Source of the DNA: an uncultured virus (IMG/VR IMGVR_UViG_2061766007_004328)
Lineage: Duplodnaviria > Heunggongvirae > Uroviricota > Caudoviricetes
IMG/VR virus record: IMGVR_UViG_2061766007_004328
Direction: 5' to 3' (one strand)
Length of the DNA: 20,000 bases
Under the pieces are notes generated by a model. The model was not told the origin of the DNA. It saw only the letters and a program-made list of their open reading frames with translations, and made no database searches. The position numbers and the translations under genes were made by a program. Below are positions 17,374 to 20,000 of this stretch, in pieces. Positions within the stretch are counted from its first letter, which is position 1, and every line of letters starts with the position of its first letter.

Positions 17374-18851
17374 CCAGGGACGTTGCAATAGTCCACTACA
17401 ACACGCCGCACCTGACAACCGCGCTGGTGGCGTCGCTCCGCAAGTTCTCGCCGGAGTGCCGCGTCACCGTGTTCGACAACAGCGACCGCTACCGTTTCCC
17501 GAGGACGGAGGGCGTCCGCGTCATCGACAACACCCGTGGCCAGATCGTGAACTTCGACCTGCTGCTGGCTCGTTATCCGGCCAAGCTGCCGACGGTCAAC
17601 GACCACGCAAGCGCGAAGCACATCGCATCCGTGGACAAGCTGTTCGACTATCTGCCGTACGGCTTCGTCCTGATGGATTCGGATGTTCTGGTCAAGGCCG
17701 ACATTAGTCCGTTGTTCGATGAGTCCGTGCCCTGGGCCGGAATGGTCGAGCATCCGAAGGAACCGTTCAAGCGGGTGCGGCTTGCTCCGTACCTGCTTTG
17801 GATCAACGTGCCGATGTGCCGGGAGAAGGGCATCCGCTTTATGTCGGAGGGTCGCATCTACAAGCTGTCGTATGGCGAATATCCGTACTACGACACCGCC
17901 GCCAGCTTATACGAGGACTGGCAGAAGGCGGGCATCCCGGGCTGCGAGGTGGACATCTTCCAGTATGTAGAACACTACGGCGGTGGCAGCTATCGGAAAG
18001 GCTTCGATGGCGCCGGCCGCTGGCTTGAAACCCATAAAACACTATTCGATATGCAAAAGAAAGAGACAACGAAGAAACCCGGCCAGGCCAAGGACAAGGT
18101 GCTGGTCGTTATCCCGTATTGCTCCGAAGGGGCGCAGGGCCGAGAACTGGAATATGCCGTGGCCGGTTGGCGCCGTCACTTCAAGGAGGACTTCCTGATC
18201 GTGGTGGCCGGCGAAGACCATCCCGTGACCAGAACGGGCGATGACATCATCTGCATCCCGTCCGAGAGAGTCCCGGAAAAGGAGGGCCAGTACCGGCAGC
18301 ACCTCGACTATGTGTCGTGCTTCAAGAAGGTGCGCGAGGCGTTCCCCAGGAGCAAGGGATTCGTGTTCGTGGCCGATGACTGCTATCCTGTCAACGACTT
18401 CGACCTCACGGATGTGAAGTTCTTGAAGCAGGAGGGCTCCGATATCACGTACGAGATCACGTCCACCAACGCCTGGCGCCGTGATGCCGCCAAGACGAAG
18501 GCTCTGCTGGTGAAGGAGGGCTACCCGACGCGCAACTTCACGACCCACGTTCCGCAGTGGTACGAGTGGGACAAGCTGGAGGCCCTGTGGAAGAAGTACA
18601 AGATGGACGAGGAAAGCTACGTGATGGAGGATCTGTACTTCAATATCTACTATCCGACGCGTGTTCCCTTGCAGTTGAACATCGATTTCGAGAACCTGAA
18701 GTGCGGCGTGTACCGCAGCAACCCGAGGGTGGAATACATCGAGCGGGCGTTCCGGGAGAAGCTGTGGATCACGAACTCGCCGGATGGCTGGGTGCCGGTA
18801 CTCGACCGGATGCTGAACGACTATTATTTCGGCGCTGGAGCGCAAGTGTAA
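17370..18851 (+). CDS. Two-domain glycosyltransferase-like protein
   Basis: The ATG at 17370 overlaps the previous TGA (ATGA). Domain 1 is GT-A-like: VAIVHYNT, VFDNS, LMDSDV (DxD at 17676-17684), YDTA, HYGGGS. Domain 2 starts at Met 18051: VVIPY, ELEYAVAGW, FVFVADDCY, TTHVP, resembling GT-A or Stealth-like sugar(-phosphate) transferases. Confidence 0.7.
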   Translation: MTRDVAIVHYNTPHLTTALVASLRKFSPECRVTVFDNSDRYRFPRTEGVRVIDNTRGQIVNFDLLLARYPAKLPTVNDHASAKHIASVDKLFDYLPYGFVLMDSDVLVKADISPLFDESVPWAGMVEHPKEPFKRVRLAPYLLWINVPMCREKGIRFMSEGRIYKLSYGEYPYYDTAASLYEDWQKAGIPGCEVDIFQYVEHYGGGSYRKGFDGAGRWLETHKTLFDMQKKETTKKPGQAKDKVLVVIPYCSEGAQGRELEYAVAGWRRHFKEDFLIVVAGEDHPVTRTGDDIICIPSERVPEKEGQYRQHLDYVSCFKKVREAFPRSKGFVFVADDCYPVNDFDLTDVKFLKQEGSDITYEITSTNAWRRDAAKTKALLVKEGYPTRNFTTHVPQWYEWDKLEALWKKYKMDEESYVMEDLYFNIYYPTRVPLQLNIDFENLKCGVYRSNPRVEYIERAFREKLWITNSPDGWVPVLDRMLNDYYFGAGAQV

Positions 18852-18870
18852 CCCCTAAAACCTTACGGAT

Positions 18871-19377
18871 ATGGCTGATTTTAACAAGTACGAACCGAAA
18901 CTGAAAAAGTGGGAGGGCGGCTTCGTGAACGACCCTCGCGACACCGGCGGCGCCACTATGTGCGGCGTGACGCTGAACACGTTCCGTCAGTTCTTTGGAG
19001 AGGACAAGACGGAGCAGGACTTGATGCGTATGACACCCGAGCAATGGCGGGCCATTATGAAGGGCGGCTTCTGGGACAAGTGCTGGGCCGACCAGCTGAA
19101 GAACCAGTCCGTCGCGGAGATCATTGTGGACTGGTGCATCAATTCGGGAATGGGTATGCTGAAGCGTGTGCAGGAGATTGTCGGCACGAAGGCCGATGGC
19201 ATTATGGGGCCGAAGACGCTCCGCGCCATCAACTGCGCCGACCAGAAGACGCTGCACGCGAAGGTTAAGGTGGCCCGTACGCGGAAGTACCTGAAGATCA
19301 TTGAGACCAGCCCCTCGAAGGTCTGCTTCATCGAGGGTTGGCTGAACCGATTGGCTGACTTTGGATGGATGGCGTAA
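18871..19377 (+). CDS. Endolysin, glycoside hydrolase family 108 with a C-terminal peptidoglycan-binding domain
   Basis: 168 aa with the EGGFVNDPRDTGGATMCGVT catalytic motif, ADGIMGPKTL and a terminal GWLNRL. Confidence 0.92.
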   Translation: MADFNKYEPKLKKWEGGFVNDPRDTGGATMCGVTLNTFRQFFGEDKTEQDLMRMTPEQWRAIMKGGFWDKCWADQLKNQSVAEIIVDWCINSGMGMLKRVQEIVGTKADGIMGPKTLRAINCADQKTLHAKVKVARTRKYLKIIETSPSKVCFIEGWLNRLADFGWMA

Positions 19378-20000
19378 TGGACGAGGACAGGAGAAAGGCC
19401 ATCTGGCGCAGCGTGGAATGGATTCTTGCGCTGCTGATACTGTTTCCGCTGACGTTCTTCATCGGAGACCGCTATGGGCGGCTTCACGCGCTGGATGATG
19501 TCCAGTCGAAGACGGACACTGTGACGATCATCAAGACGCATTTCAGGGATTTCCCGGAGCCGACGAAGACCATTGCCGCCGGGATGATTGCTGTGCCGAA
19601 GTATCTGTTCCTGGTCGATTCCGTTGACCGTCCCGTTCCCGTGTTCATCCCGGACACGACCGGAAAGGCGGAGGACTCGTCCGGGGTGGTGTATCTGCCG
19701 AGGGAGCAGAAATACTACGAGGAGGCAGACGGGCAGCTGCGTATGTGGGTATCCGGCTACCAGCCGAGGCTTGACCGCTGGGAGGCCGACTTTCGCGAGA
19801 CGACGGTCACGCAGACCATCGTAGAGCCGCAGGCCCGTTGGGGAATAAGCATACAAGCCGGCTACGGTGCTGCGCTGATGGACAAGACAGTCCGGCTGTC
19901 GCCGTACATCGGTGTTGGTATCAGCTACACGATCCTGCCTATCAAGCTGCCGAAGAAGAAGGCGAAGAAGCCGGCGGAGGAAAGCAGCGAACCGCCGTGA
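19377..20000 (+). CDS. Lysis-associated membrane protein (spanin candidate)
   Basis: The ATG at 19377 overlaps the endolysin TAA (TAATG). It has an N-terminal TM helix, LPREQKYY...WVSGY.P.LD, and C-terminal amphipathic strands RWGISIQAGYG and PYIGVGISY. It ends with TGA at 19998-20000. Confidence 0.6.
   Translation: MDEDRRKAIWRSVEWILALLILFPLTFFIGDRYGRLHALDDVQSKTDTVTIIKTHFRDFPEPTKTIAAGMIAVPKYLFLVDSVDRPVPVFIPDTTGKAEDSSGVVYLPREQKYYEEADGQLRMWVSGYQPRLDRWEADFRETTVTQTIVEPQARWGISIQAGYGAALMDKTVRLSPYIGVGISYTILPIKLPKKKAKKPAEESSEPP

Noticed and set aside
5951..20000. Second DGR target elsewhere in the window
   Set aside because: I saw no further copy of the TR or its GC-rich 3' end at the ends of the tail genes. 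Remote targets outside the window remain possible.
1..20000. Stop-codon reassignment, CRISPR array, tRNA or integrase/att site
   Set aside because: Genes are full length in the standard code and end in TAA, TGA or TAG. I saw no spaced direct repeats, cloverleaf or recombinase.

Overview
This ~60% GC window is a co-directional (+ strand) tail and lysis module of a tailed phage or prophage. The host is probably Bacteroidota, judged from protein motifs and AT-rich, mostly Shine-Dalgarno-less starts. It contains a complete diversity-generating retroelement (DGR): a target gene (2386-3708) whose 3' variable repeat (VR, 3516-3697) differs from the template repeat (TR, 4556-4737) at 15 of 182 positions, all of them TR adenines; a post-VR hairpin; an avd-like gene; and a reverse transcriptase (4776-5950) interrupted only by an assembly gap. 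The ORF track misses a 50-aa gene (3775-3927) inside the DGR that resembles the MutS C-terminal oligomerisation peptide. The RT has an atypical IGDVQNQ motif. Downstream are a 1810-aa tail hub protein, a 1193-aa Ser/Thr-rich BACON-like repeat protein, a HExxH protein, a double glycosyltransferase-like gene, a GH108 endolysin and a possible spanin. CATG is almost absent from the window (3 sites by manual scan). All family assignments are by eye from remembered motifs; no searches were run.
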